Of a stretch of 64,000 bases of DNA, positions 12,596 through 25,931 are shown piece by piece. This stretch comes from Octopus vulgaris (lineage: Eukaryota): positions 10,664,001 to 10,728,000 of the forward strand of contig OX597816.1 in the NCBI GenBank assembly GCA_951406725.2. The letters run 5' to 3'. Made by a program: the position numbers and the translations under genes. A model generated the notes under the pieces. The model was not told the DNA's origin and did no database searches. It worked only from the letters and a program-made list of their open reading frames with translations. Position 1 is the first letter of the stretch, and every line of letters begins with the position of its first letter.

Positions 12596-13199
12596 AATAT
12601 ATATATATATATAGGTAGAAAGATAGATAGATAGTTAGATAGATAGATATAGTGTTCTGATATGCTTCACTCTTAATACCATTGCACATATGATCTTATA
12701 GAAAGCTATGGAATATTTGTGATTGTTTAGTGGAGTGGCACTTCATCAAAATGAGTGTTCTTACACTGTGCGATGGTTGCACAAGGATCACAGCTTGTTT
12801 GTGATTCCATAGTATCTTCTGTGCATCTAAAAGGAAGAAAATATGGGAAGAATTTCCCACTATTTAACGTTTTGTGTTACATATAAAAATATCAAAACTT
12901 ATATTTGTAATTCTTTGATCTTAATCATCATATAAAATGATTAGAGTTATGGAGTTGGCTGTTTGCATGATGGCTGATTATATATATTTTACTAGTTCGA
13001 CTCATTAGACAGTGGCAATTCTGAGGCACCACCTTGAAGAACTTTACTTGAATGAATTGACCCCTGTACTTATGCTTTCCAAATCCTGGCGCTTATTCTA
13101 TTTGTCACTTTCTGCTGAAACCCTGTTACAGGGTCATAAACACCCCAACACCAGATGGCAATCGGCAGCAGGGGATAAATACAAACACACACACAGACG

Positions 13200-13408
13200 T
13201 ACAACAGAGTGTTGAAAAGTTCTTGGCTTTAAGGGTCTCGTGAAAGGCTGGGTTGGAGACCCAACCTTCCGAGTTCTTTTACAGGGCTTAGAAAAACTGA
13301 AGGACTGCTGCAATAATTGTTTGAATAAGTTGAACAAAAATCACAATTAACTGAGTCTCTTGTATCTTCTTTTACTGAAGGCTAAGAATTTTTCAGCAGC
13401 CCTGTGTA
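13200..13408. mobile_element. Tc1/mariner-derived MITE
   Basis: Imperfect TIRs of about 28 bp (acagagtgttgaaaagttcttggcttt and aaggctaagaatttttcagcagccctgt) with TA ends. Confidence 0.65.
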
Positions 13409-13486
13409 TTATTCATATATATCTTTAAATTGTTTCAGTTTCACAGCTACGGCCATGCTGGGGCACCACCGTTTCATATATATATA

Positions 13487-13680
13487 TCATCATCGTTTAA
13501 CGTCCGTTCTCCATGCTAGCATGGGTTGGACGGTTAGACCGGGGATCTGGGAAGCCAGAAGGCTGCACCAGGCTCCGGTCTGATCTGGCAGTGTTTCTAC
13601 AGCTGGATGCCCCTCCTAACGCCAACCACTCTGTGAGTGTAGTGGGTGCTTTTTATGTGCCACCTGCACAGGTGCCAGGT
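13487..13680 (-). mobile_element. Family A element
   Basis: Core motif, ccatgctagcatgg palindrome and (GAT)n tail. Confidence 0.85.
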
Positions 13681-14182
13681 GGGATGGTCTAGCACTTAAC
13701 TTCAGGACTTAAGGCTATAGCAACCAACTGAACAGTACCATATGTTTCACCTTCTTCCTTTAGAATAAGGACCTATTTCTCTTGCAATTCAGTATTGAAG
13801 GGTCCAGGGTTTTTGTATACTTTACCAAGAAACTTCAGTTCTCTCTGAGGCGATGATGGGGATGTGTTCAAACAACACTTAAACAACAGCAATGATATTA
13901 TCAACAACATCATTACCAACAACCATTTCGGGTGATCTTGACCGTTTGCAGTTAACCATTCTGGACATGGATACAACAAAATGTCAGAACCAGGATATGA
14001 ACCTTCGACCTTATTGGTTCACTGTCAGGTACCCGTAGAATATAAATTTACTGACTTTTTCATTAGATGGAATTAACAGGATTAAATTGGATGCAAATGA
14101 AGCTTCGAAATTTTTTAAATTGTCCGATTTAATTATCAGACAATGTGAAAATTAATTTCCTGAAGATTAAAGCGTTAAATGC

Positions 14183-14872
14183 CATTGTCATCATCATCAT
14201 CATCACCATCATCACAACTCCCACCACCACCACCACCACCATCATCATTGTTGTTGTTATCGTAGTTGTTGTCATCATCAACATCATCAATATTTCCCTC
14301 TTCGTCTTTGGAATCGTTGGAGTCGTCGACATCATCATCATCATTGCTATCATCGTTATGATCATAATCATCATTGTCATCAGCATCATCGTTGTCGTCA
14401 TCATTCTCATTGTCGTTGTTGTCATCGTTAGTCTCATCATTTTCGCTGTCACAGTCATCATCCCCATTGTCACCATCGTCGTCATCATCATCATCCTTGT
14501 CATCATCGTTGACATTGTCCTCCTCCTCGTTGTCGTCATTGTCCTCGTCATCATCATTGTCCTCCTCATCGTTGAAGTCATCATCATTACTGTCATCTCC
14601 ATCCTCATCATCATCATTGTCGTCATCCTCCTCCTCCTCCTCATCATCGTTGTCATCATCATCATCCTCATCATCATCACCATCCTAATCATTATTGCTG
14701 TCATCATCCTCCTCCTTCTCCTGATCATCATCACTGTCATCATCATCATTGCTGTCATCATCATCATCAACAACAACAGTGATATGAACAAGAAGATCAA
14801 TATGAACCACAAGATCAATAACAACAGTAACAACAACAACAACAACAGAAACAACAACATCTACAACAACTT
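14183..14872. repeat. Degenerate (CAT/CGT/CCT)n then (CAA)n trinucleotide repeat
   Basis: Direct reading. An opposite-sense (GAT)n tract with an 18/21-bp period lies at 15296-15470. Confidence 0.92.
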
Positions 14873-15847
14873 CAGTTATTGTACTAACAATCAAACTGCA
14901 CTACAACCCACGAGGAAACCTTTATGCAGTCACTCAATCTGCTAAAAATAACAGCCATATCTTCTTCATAGGCCAGACGTTAACATGTCTATGTTAGCAT
15001 GAGTAGATGTTTAGCAAATTAACTGGATCATCATCATTATCATCATCATCACCGACATCATTTAACATCTATTTTCCCCACTTTTTTTGTCTTCTAGGGT
15101 ACTTGGTAACTTGGTCGGTGCTGGTCCTACGTAAAAACAGCACTCAGCACAGTCTGTAGAGTGGTTGGCATTAGGAAGAGCATCCAACTGTTGAAACCAT
15201 GCTTGAAACAGACTATGGAATCTGGCGTGGGTCCCAGCGTTGCCACCTCCTGTCAAACCATTCAACCCATGCCAGCATGGAAAATGGGCATTATATGATA
15301 ATGATGATGACAATGATGATGATGGTAATGATGACAATGATGATGATGATGGTAATGATGACAATGATGATGATGATGGTAATGATGACAATGATGATGC
15401 TGGTAATGATGACAATGATGATGATGGTAATGATGACAGTGATGATGATGATGTGGATGATGCAGATGATTTCCAGATGGAATGAACTGGATTGCTTGAC
15501 AGGACCTGGTAAACCAGAGGAGTATGTTGAGTTCCAGTGTCTGCTTTTGTATGGTTTTTTATGGTTGAATGCCTTTCCTGCCACTAACCATTTTACAGAA
15601 TGCATTGGGCTTTTTCTGCCAAGTGTAGAGCAGCTAAAGAATGGTACGTCTTGCCAGAGATATATAACTACTCAAACTGGAAAGGGAAAAAAAGATGGTG
15701 GTGATGAGGTGTCAGGGTATATCCGCAAGGCCCAAGAAGGTAACTGGCATTCAGTCGGGTTAGGAGGACGAGTGTTGCTGTTGATTCGATCAATGGAACA
15801 ACCTGCTTGTGAAATTAACATACCAGTGGCTGAGCACTTCACAGACA

Positions 15848-16257
15848 CTCTCTTTTACTCTTTTACTTGTTTCAGTCATTTGACTGTGGCCATGCTGGAG
15901 CACCGCCTTTAGTCGAGCAAATCGACCCCACGACTTATTCTTTGTAAGCCTAGTACTTATTCTATCGGTCTCTTTTGCCGAACCGCTAAGTTACGGGGAT
16001 GTAAACACACCAGCATTGGTTGTCAAGCGATGTTGGGGGGACAAACAGACACACAAACATATACACACACACACCCATACATATATATATATAGAATGGA
16101 CTTCTTTCAGTTTCCGTCTACCAAATCCACTCACAAGGCTTTGGTTGACCCAAGGCTATAGTAGAAGACACTAGCACAAGGTGCCACACAGTGGGAATGA
16201 ACCCGGAACCATGTGGTTCATAAGCAAGCTACTTACCACACAGCCACTCCTATGCCT
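15848..16257 (-). mobile_element. SINE family B, nested inside a family E SINE
   Basis: Full-length reverse-complement copy of 7821-8216. Confidence 0.9.
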
Positions 16258-16512
16258 TTGTACCCTTAATGTAGATCTTAAGAAGATTCAGTGTGACAGA
16301 ATATTGTAAAAGCTGGCCCTTTGAGGTACCAGTAATTTTTTCCAGCTGAGTGGACTGGAGCAACAGGAAATAAAGTGCCTGGCTCAAGGTCACAATGCAC
16401 CACCAGGAATTGAACTCGTGACCTTATGATTGTGAGACGAATATCTTAACCACTAAGCCATATGCCTTCAAAAAAGAGGGAATAAGGATAGAAAATGTGA
16501 AAGGGCAGGGTG

Positions 16513-16712
16513 TGGCCCCCATGCTGGTGACACGTAAAAGCACCCACTACACTCTTGGAGTGGTTAGCATTAGGAAGGGCACCCAGCTGTAGAAACTCTG
16601 GCAGATCAAGACTGAAGCCTGGTGCAGCCATCTGGTTCGCCAGCCCTCAGTCAAAATCGTCCAACCCATGCTAGCATGGAAAACGGACGTTAAACGACGA
16701 TGATGATGATGG
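16513..16712 (+). mobile_element. Family A element
   Basis: As above. A more diverged copy lies at 15115-15300 (+). Confidence 0.85.
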
Positions 16713-17309
16713 TGATAGGCGTGTGAAAAGAGTATGACAGACAGCTAGAGATGGGGACAGACGTGAAAACTGAACACCCAACAAAAATTCCTGCAAAAAT
16801 GAGATCAAGCGACCGCAGCAAAATGCACTCCGGTAAGTATGTTTGGCGATCTTTTATAGTCAAGTATCTCAGGTTTGTTCTGCGTAAATGATATATGAGT
16901 GTAATTCCAGCCAAAGAGAGATGAATATCTTAGTCAAGGTTGCGACATAGCATTTTGTAAAGGGGGTACATTTGCGGGGGTAACACGAGTTCAGTGTTTT
17001 ATCATTGTGTTGACATTTTTATCTTGATGTCTAACGAGATATTAAAATCAAACATGATTCTGTTAGTTGAATGTTTGACTAAATTACAACATCAAATGTA
17101 ATAATTTTGTTTTATTAAATAACATCAAAGTTTTTGACTTTAGCATTGCTATCGACAATCAAAGTTCTCTTATTTGTATATGTTAAAAAATAAAAAGAGA
17201 GATTATTTGGAATTATCTTCAGATCAGACGAAAGGTCATGTCTTGCCAAGATATCGTAAATGAAATATTGTTGCTTAGTTTTGGGAAATATCTGTATAAT
17301 ATTTATTAC

Positions 17310-17311
<2 letters not shown>

Positions 17312-17375
<64 letters not shown>

Positions 17376-17602
17376 TGTATTACGTTATTATTATTATTGG
17401 TATTATGTTATTATTATTACATTATTATTATTATTTGTATTACATTATTATTATTATTAGTATTATATTATTATTATTACATTGTTATTATTATTAAATT
17501 ATCATTATTACATTATTATTATTATTACATTATCATTATTACATTGTTATTATTACATTGTTATTATTAGTAGTAGTATTATATTATTATTATTATTATT
17601 AT
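17312..17602. repeat. (TTA)n microsatellite
   Basis: Direct reading. Confidence 0.95.
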
Positions 17603-18168
17603 TGAGTGAGAGAGCAGTGCATGCCATCAAAGTGACACTGGGGTACAAATATACGAAGCCCAGTATACCCATCATGACTACCTGTCTGTTAAGGGTACAC
17701 CAGGCACATGTATCACAACCATATATGTGCAACATGGTGATCTCATATTAGGATAAACAGTGCATGACTTTGCAGGTGGGACCCAGTTAGAATTTTCTTC
17801 AGGTCGAATAGTCCATCCCACTCAAAAAGACCCTGAATAAGAATTGTTTAAGGATGTTGAACAAACCACCCATGTTTCCAAAAGTGAATTATCCAAACCC
17901 CAAATAATTCCTTTCAACATGTGACTATGATGCTCCCCTACTACTTCTGCTCATGATCAGAGATTGCACATATCATTAGCCACTAAGGGACATGCTCAAC
18001 TGGTTAAGGTCAAGCAACTGACAAGCAAATCTGTGGTATTGAGCAGAATATTTGCTGTAGCCCATCTTTTATACCAAGACAAAACAATGTACATGATAAT
18101 ACTTCCAATCAGTTAAGATCAGAAGCCACGAGAGCCACTGCCTGGTACTGCATCAGGGCATATCCTCA
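17603..18168 (-). mobile_element. Non-coding interspersed element inserted in (TAA)n
   Basis: A complex-sequence island of about 565 bp with (TTA)n on both sides. Probably a LINE 3' end or a non-autonomous derivative; the family is not assigned. Confidence 0.55.
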
Positions 18169-18849
18169 TTATTATTATTATTATTATTGACTAAAATAAA
18201 AACATTTTAATGAATATATGGTACATTATGGTGGACTTTGACATTCAGATTTCAGTGTTTGTGTTTGGGTTTGTGTATATCTGTGTGAGCGTTCATGTGT
18301 ATGCATATGTGCAATCACCCATGCATGTGTATGTGTGTGCATGTGCTTCTAGCTCATAAATACAAAACAACATCACCTTTGTGCTACCATAGAAATGTCA
18401 ATGACTACTTAATGTCGAAGTAGGAATAGAACACAAGCATGAAAACGTAATATTGCCATTATGGGTTATGGGAGCCCATGAAATATCAATCGATGTAGCA
18501 AATATCAATGAAATGTGAGCACTGTCCCCCCCACACTCATTCCTCCTCCTCCTCCTCTTCTGCCTCCTCATCTTTTGCTATTGAGGGAATATCCACAAAT
18601 TGTCTTTTATCCCAATGACAGTTTGTTGTTGCTTGACTTCCCTCTTTATTGTTTGTTTTAGCATCAAAAAAGATCAATGGGGAATCAAAGGAGAAAACAA
18701 AAAAAACAAACTAAAAGACAAAATCCAAATAGAACAAATAAACAAAAATAACAATAATACATCTTTAATTCCAATTATACACTTTGCCTGTATTTGTTAT
18801 TTTTTTTTTAGCTCTGAGTGAAGCCCGATGAGGTAGACTGACCGATCAA

Positions 18850-19192
18850 AAGCATTCCGACTGACCACCTTGATATTTTAGAATTCTATCCAGGACTATT
18901 CTTCAAAATAGCCTTTAAGTTAGTGTTGTGTCTTGGGAGGGTCATCACGCCAATAATAACACATGCATGGGCTCATTATCACTTCTTAACCGTTAGTCAA
19001 TTGGTTAAATATCTAACCAACTAACTAATCGATCATTTGTTTAATGTGCTTGTTAAACAATTCATAATTTTTTCTTTTTGTTAGTCAAAGTCCTTTCGTT
19101 GCTACTTGTAGGCTGAACAATTAAGAGCATACCGACTGACCACCTTGATATTTTAGAATTTTATTCAGGACTATTCTTCAATATAGCCTTTA
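18850..19192. repeat. ~67-bp direct repeat pair (~18850-18917 and ~19126-19192)
   Basis: agcat(t/a)ccgactgaccaccttgatattttagaatt...ggactattcttca..atagccttta occurs twice. Confidence 0.8.
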
Positions 19193-19260
19193 TTTTTTTA
19201 TAAATAAGTTAGTACATTATTTACATTTGACAGATATTTGTCCTCCTCTTGTTTGTTGTT

Positions 19261-19306
19261 AACACAATGTTTCGGCTGATATACTCTCCAGCCTTCATCA
19301 GGTGTC
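19261..19306 (-). ncRNA. Minimal type I hammerhead-ribozyme motif in a Penelope-derived fragment (19210-19320)
   Basis: gacac-CTGATGA-a-ggctg(loop)cagcc-GAAA-ca-TT-gtgtt; the catalytic core consensus is intact. Confidence 0.6.
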
Positions 19307-19679
19307 TTGGGGAAATTTCCATAGATGGATGCCCTTCCAAATGCCAGCCACTTTACAGAGTGTATTGGGTGCTTTTCATGTGGCATCAGCATCTACAAAG
19401 AGTTAGGGTAGAACAGATGTAATGAATTCATAAACTTCCAATAATTAAAGAGACTAAACTCAAAGCATACTGCAGAGTCCCTGCTAGGAGACATGGAGCA
19501 TACACCACATTAGAATCGTTACTAATCCAATTTCCTCCAAGTAATATCATGTGTGTATGTGAGTGCATGGTCGTGCGAGTGAGTGAGTGAGAGTGTGTGT
19601 GTATGTGTGAGTGTGCGCATGTTTGTCCCATCCCGCCATTTGACAACTGCAGTTTTGTTTAAGTCTCCATAAATAAACA

Positions 19680-20075
19680 TTTTTTCTCTAGGCATAAGGC
19701 CTGAAATTTTTGGGGATGGGTAGAGTCGATTAGATTGACCCCAGTGTGTAACTGGTGCTTAACTTATTGGCCCCAAAAGGATGAAAGGCTAAGTCAACCT
19801 CAGTGGAATTTGAACTCAGAATGTAAACACAGACGAAATACCTATTTCTTTACTACCCACAGGGGCTAAACATAGAAGGGACAAACAAGGACAGACAAAC
19901 GTATTAAGTCGATTACATCGACCTCAGTGCGTAACTGGTACTTAATTTATCAACCCTGAAAGGGTGAAAGGCAAAGTCGACCTTGGCGGAATTTGAACTC
20001 AGAACGTAGCGACAGACGAAATACTGCTAAGCATTTCACCTGGTGTGCTAACATTTCTGCCAGCTCACTGCCTTA
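19680..20075 (-). mobile_element. SINE family C, dimeric, inserted into an older SINE
   Basis: Same architecture as 23993-24410; the flanks gtctccataaataaaca and gtctcagtaagtaaaca resemble a decayed TSD. Confidence 0.85.
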
Positions 20076-21124
20076 CGTCTCAGTAAGTAAACAATTTGGT
20101 AAAAGCACCAGACTTGAAGTTTTGCTAAACCTTGCAAGTCAGTGCTCCAGCATGTCCACCGTACCGTGACCGAAACATGCAAAAGATAAAAGAAAAAAAA
20201 AATAACTGCTTCTCATATAAATTGGAGAGCAAAGATTAGAGGGGAAAGTAAAAGATTGAAATTCAGTACCACGCCGAATAGCTGTAGTGTATGAGAATAT
20301 TGAAAACAAAGCCAAAAAAAAAAACGTCTTCTGCTTGTAGTACCGACCATTCTACGAGAGTTATACGTTATATATGCAACAAATGCTGTCTGTTGCCATG
20401 AAAGACTAACACTTGTTATGTTAGGCGTCAATAAATTTCTACCATTTATCTCCAGCATTAAACCAGTGTCAATAGTCATTTTCATGATGAGATCAATGAT
20501 ACAGCAACACAATCTATCCAATATCCATGAAATTCCAATAGACTTGTTACATCAATACACAGAACGGATACAAGTTATTGACAATGGCTGTTTGTGTAAA
20601 AACAAAAAGCAAAAAAGAACCAAGAGAGAAAGAAAACAAATCAACAACAACTATATAAAGAAATATGGTGGCTAAAGAGTTAAAGTAGTTATGAATTTGT
20701 AAGTGCAACACAGAGAGACAGATTCACTCATCGCTTATTTTGTGTGTGAGGTGAATAGAAGAAATAGCATTCGACTATAAGATTCTGTCAGCGAATAAGG
20801 ATGGGAACTGGAAGATAGATTGATAAAAGATAAGAGAGTTGTAGGTTGCTTGAAGCATTGTGGAATGTGTGAGAAATCACTGGTGTTATTAGAAGGTGAG
20901 AGCGACGTGGAGAAAACATTAAATATCAGAAATATCAATAATTAAGGTATTTAGAAGTTATGTTAAGAATACTGTTTAATTAGTTGTGATATTTTGAGTG
21001 AAAAACTCCTTTTCAAAGGTTTTAGAGAAGTAGAGAGAGTAAGAGACAGAGGTAGAGAAAGCGAGTGAAAGAGACCATAATACCTCAAGTAAGAGGGAAG
21101 GAGAGGGAAAGGAAAAGAGTGAAT

Positions 21125-21157
<33 letters not shown>

Positions 21158-21813
21158 GGAAGAAGAGAGAGAAAGAGAAATGTTGATGTATTATTAATTT
21201 TTGCTGTTAAATGTATCAACCTTACTTATTGTTGTCTATATTAAAATATTTTTCAATGTAAGAAATGTTTTTAATTCCCGGTAAAGGTATTTTATTTATT
21301 TATTTATTTTTACTGCTTGTATGTCTTAGGACCTTGCACGATATCACAACAATTTATGATATAACAAATATTGGATTTTTGGGATGCCTTACTGACTATA
21401 AACCAACTATAAATACAGAGAGTTATAAAATAGGAGTAATAACTTCGTTTTGATGATTAAAAATCGAATTTATAAGGAATTGTGTTCATGAGTGAACAGA
21501 ACAGAAGAAATCAATAGAGGTTTCATGAACAGCAACCAGTCTTTTACCGGTTCCAATCTCAGGAATATAGCCATGCTGGAGCAAAACTTTCAAATGAATT
21601 ATGTGATGTTATCAACACTAGTGATTATATTAGTACTTAGAGTCATCTGGTTTTACTAAGAGTGAGTGAGAGAGAGAAGGCGGGGATGGAAAGACTGTGT
21701 GTGTTTTTATATATATAAATACATACATATATATATAGTACATTCTATATGCATACAAGTATGTATAGACACATATACAAATTCATATACACATGTATAC
21801 ATATATGTGTGTG

Positions 21814-21844
<31 letters not shown>

Positions 21845-22135
21845 TGATAGAAATGGCAAGACAACAAAAGAATGAAAGAGACGTTGATATTATGTAAATA
21901 GAGGAATTTATCTGTAAATATAATATGTGACAATTACTCGGTAGCAATGATAAAACTCCGAGTTTTGGATGTCAGGGTAGAAACCTATGCCGGCATCTCC
22001 TCAGTTATTGGGCCATCAATTTTTTCGATGGCCTGATAACTGAATAGATGCCAGTATGGGTTTCCACCCCAACATCCGAAACTTGGAGTCTTATCATGGC
22101 TACTGAATAATTGTCACATATTATATTAACAGATA
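21845..22135. mobile_element. Palindromic Penelope-type element with a hammerhead motif in each arm
   Basis: Inverted arms of about 110 bp spanning 21909-22135. The consensus of the two arms gives tgataa-CTGAGGA-gatgccgg..catc-cGAAA-ct(cgg)ag-TC-ttatca. Confidence 0.7.
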
Positions 22136-22372
22136 TATATATATATAATATATATGTAAAGAAGTATTATTGCCATTACCAACAGTATTAATAAAGTAAT
22201 AATAAGGTGCCAGGAAGTTCACACCATTACACAGACAACATAAGGTAAATTTAGATTCTTAGATTCAGTAGGGAACATAATGTCACGATAAACTCTTGAT
22301 TTTAGCAAGTGGTATTATATACCTTGCTGAATCTCTTTCTCTCTCTATGTACACACGCATATATACATATAT

Positions 22373-22778
22373 GTGCAGGAGGGACTGTGTGGTAAGTAGC
22401 TTGCTTACAAACCACATGATTGTTCAGTCCCACTGCGTGGCACCTTGGACAAGTGTCTTCTACTAGAGCCTCGGGTCGATCAAAGCCTTGTGAGTGGATT
22501 TGGTTGATGGAAACTGAAAGAAGCCTGTCGTATATATGTGTATATATATATATATGTGTGTGTGTGTGTTTGTGTGTCTGTGTTTGTCCCCCCCCCACCC
22601 CAACATCGCTTGACAACTGATGCTGGTGTTTTTACATCCCCATATCTTAGCAGTGTGTCTAAAGAGACTGATAGAATAAATATTAGGGCTTACAAAGAAT
22701 ATGTCCTGGGGTCAATTTGTTCAACTAAAGGCATGACCACGGTTAAATGACTGAAACACGTAAAAAAGTAAAAGAATA
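22373..22778 (+). mobile_element. SINE family B
   Basis: Homologous to 7821-8216 along its length. Confidence 0.88.
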
Positions 22779-23248
22779 AATACATATATACACTACATTA
22801 TACCTATACATATACACATGTATAATATATATATATGTATTTATATGTATGTACGTACATAGGTATATATATATATATATATATGTATAAATTATCTATA
22901 TACATACACATACAAGGACATGTGAAATTTCTGATTTAGGCACAAGACATATTTGATACTATAGTTGTCAGTACTTGAGTGGTATTTTTTTTATCAGCCC
23001 CTGAAGGGATCAAAAGCAAAATTGACCTTTGAGGGATTTGAACTCAAATTATAAAGAACCAGCTGAAATGTCATGGGGTATTTTTTCCAAGCTCTTTACA
23101 TTCACAGATACCGTGAATTAGATTTGAACTAAAAGCCACATGGTTGCAAGTATAACCTCTTAACCACAAAGCCACGTCTGTACCCACAAGCTGTTCATAG
23201 ATATTTCGTATTATTTCAAGCTGTTGCTTGATGTTGATGAAGATTATA

Positions 23249-23283
<35 letters not shown>

Positions 23284-23992
23284 AATAATGATATTTGCTC
23301 GTAATATAAATCAAATATCAATATTTGATTAGAAAATACTAATGTTAACTCATAAAAATCGATAAAAATCCATATCTGCTTTCTGCCGACCTGAAACTGA
23401 AGCCAACATGCTTCACATAGCTTTTGAAACAGTCGTATATGAATCGAATCTGTAAGTATAAGATTCGGAAATCTTCAGAGAACGACAACATGTAGAACTG
23501 GAATCAATCAATACAGAAATACACTGATCTGGTGTCGATAATATATTGACGGATGACAGCTTAGTCAATACCGTGACTTGACATTCGCCGAGGACAAAGA
23601 AAAATGGATATCTCTCCGTTGCTGCTAGGATTAGCATGGAGTCAATGATCTATCTTGCAAATATTTGCTGTCTTCTGTTATCAAGTCTCATGTTTAAATT
23701 AAACCACAATAATAAAACTACTTAAAGGTAAAAGTTAAATAATGAAGGAGGAGAATCAGTTGGTTTAAGTTAACTTTTCCATGGCCATACTGCCTGCCTG
23801 TTTCAATTAATTATTCTTTAAAAATTGAAGAATTTGGTGGTAAAAAAAAAACAAAAGAGGCTGTTGGAGAATTTTTACGACATCACCAATCTAATTTCTG
23901 GCCTCCTATTCCCACCCCCGCCACGATTGTGATTCCATGGATTAAGTATGGAGTGTGGTTGAGAAAGACACCAACTAGTGTGTCTGTAATAC

Positions 23993-24410
23993 TTATTTCC
24001 TTACTACCCACAAGGGGCTAAACACAGAGAGGACACACAAGGACAGACAAACGGATTAAGTCGATTACATCGACCCCAGTTCGTAACTGGTACTTAATTT
24101 TATTGACCCTGAAAGGATGAAAGGCAAAGTCGACCTCGACAGAATTTGAACTCAGAACGTAATGGCAGATGAATTACCTATTTTTTTACTACCCACAAGA
24201 GGCTAAACACAGAGAGGACAAACAAGGACAGACAAACAGATTAAGTCGATTATATCGACCCCAGTGCGTACTGGTACTTATTTAATTGACCCCGAAAGGA
24301 TGAAAGGCAAAGTCAACCTCGACAGAATTTGAACTCAGAACATAACGGCAGATGAAATACAGCTACACATTTCACCCGGCGTGCTAATGTTTCTGCCAGC
24401 TCTCTGCCTT
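23993..24410 (-). mobile_element. tRNA-derived SINE family C, dimeric copy with a 15-bp TSD
   Basis: Head ggcagagagctggcagaaac...GAGTTCAAATT; the body is duplicated. TSD gtgtgtctgtaatac at 23978-23992 and 24411-24425. Confidence 0.9.
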
Positions 24411-24724
24411 GTGTGTCTGTAATACCAGAGACAAGCTGGTGGCCAAAAATAGGGAGGTGTTTCAAGGTTCTTCAAGAGTCAAAGAGAGGAACGCTTACAC
24501 CAGGTTCCAGAGCTATATTGAGGCCATAGTTGAAGTTGAAGGTGGCTGCTTTGAATAAACTGTTATCTCTCAACCACAAGCTGGTTGGTATCTTTTGTTG
24601 TTTTTCTGTTTTTTATTGGTATCTTTTGTTGTTTATAAAATACTTTTGTTCTGAGATAAGATATTGTGATACCTTTTTTCTTTTATACAAACTGTCAAGT
24701 TCAACTCAAACACACACACACACA

Positions 24725-25117
24725 CTTTTACTTGTTTCAGTCATTTGACTGTGGCTATGCTGGAGCACCACCTTTTTAGATGAGCAAATCAACCCCAGGA
24801 CTTATTCTTTATAAGCCTAGTACTTATTCTATCGTCGGTCTCTAAGTTACGGGGATGTAAACACACCAGCAACGGTTGTCAAACGATGTTGGGGTGACAA
24901 GCACAGACACGCAAACATATACACACACACACACACATGTATATACATATATATGATGGGCTTCATTCTGTTTCTCTCTACCAAATTCACTCAGAAGGCT
25001 TTGGTCGACCCAAGGCTATTGTAGAAGACACTTGCCCAAAGTACCACGCAGTGGGACTGAACCCGGAACCATGTGGTTCATAAGCAAACTACTTACCACA
25101 CAGCCACTCCTATGCCT
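24725..25117 (-). mobile_element. SINE family B
   Basis: Reverse-complement full-length copy. Confidence 0.88.
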
Positions 25118-25159
25118 GAATAGAATCGCTTGCATCTGTAAACTTTATTCCAAACAAAA

Positions 25160-25483
25160 GTGACACTCCGTCGGTTATGACGATAAGCATTCCAGTTGAT
25201 CTGATCAATGGAACATCCGCCTTGTAAAATTAATGTGCAAGTGGCTGAGTACTCCACAGACACTTGTACTTTTAATGCAGTTCTCACGTAGGTTCAGCGT
25301 GACAGAAGGTGACAAGGTTGTCTCTTTTGAATTACAGGTACAAATCACTTTTGCTAGCTGACTGGAGTGGAACAAAGGGGAGTAAAGTATGTTGCTCAAG
25401 GATACAGTGCATTGCCAGGAATTGAACCCACAACCTTACGATTATGAGCTGAATACCCTAACCATTGAGCTACATGCCTTCAC
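25160..25483 (-). mobile_element. tRNA-derived SINE family E
   Basis: Head with GGTTCAATTCC and a central domain ccttgagcaa...ccagtcagct. A homolog at 15742-16470 is split by an insertion; decayed copies lie at ~33005-33230 and ~53312-53450. Confidence 0.8.
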
Positions 25484-25931
25484 ATGAATAAAAAATGCCC
25501 CTGATTCACCTTTGTAGTTGGGTTGGGCTTTTGGGACTTTTGGAAATTGTCTACAAAACTCAAACCAAAAGTCCTCCGAATACAGAACTGTTTATACCTT
25601 CTTTGTTGCTACTTAGAATTACTCTCAGTCCAACATCGCTCATATTCCTAACTAACTTTCCGGAGAATGCAAGAATTTTCCAATTCATAAAGTTCACTTG
25701 GCAACATGCCAAAATCTTTACACAAAGTTACAGCATGGGCAAAGGGATTCTCTGTGAAAAAGTATATTTACAGAACGGTAACCACACCTGATCCCTTCCT
25801 CATTATTATCCACCAATTGGAATGAGACAATTTGGTGGAATAGCTGACTGGACATTCAGCCTCTTTTGGCAGCAGGATATTCAGGCATTGAAGGCAAATG
25901 CATACATAGGTATAATCATATATATCATCAT

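Noticed and set aside
13952-14027. Possible plus-strand exon (ttgcag|TTAACC...GTCAG|gtacc)
   Set aside because: It is isolated, the polypyrimidine tract is weak, the translation is unrecognised and no partner exons were found.
14129-14945. 243-266 aa poly-M/I/S/D ORFs
   Set aside because: Degenerate (CAT)n repeat that is open in several frames on both strands.
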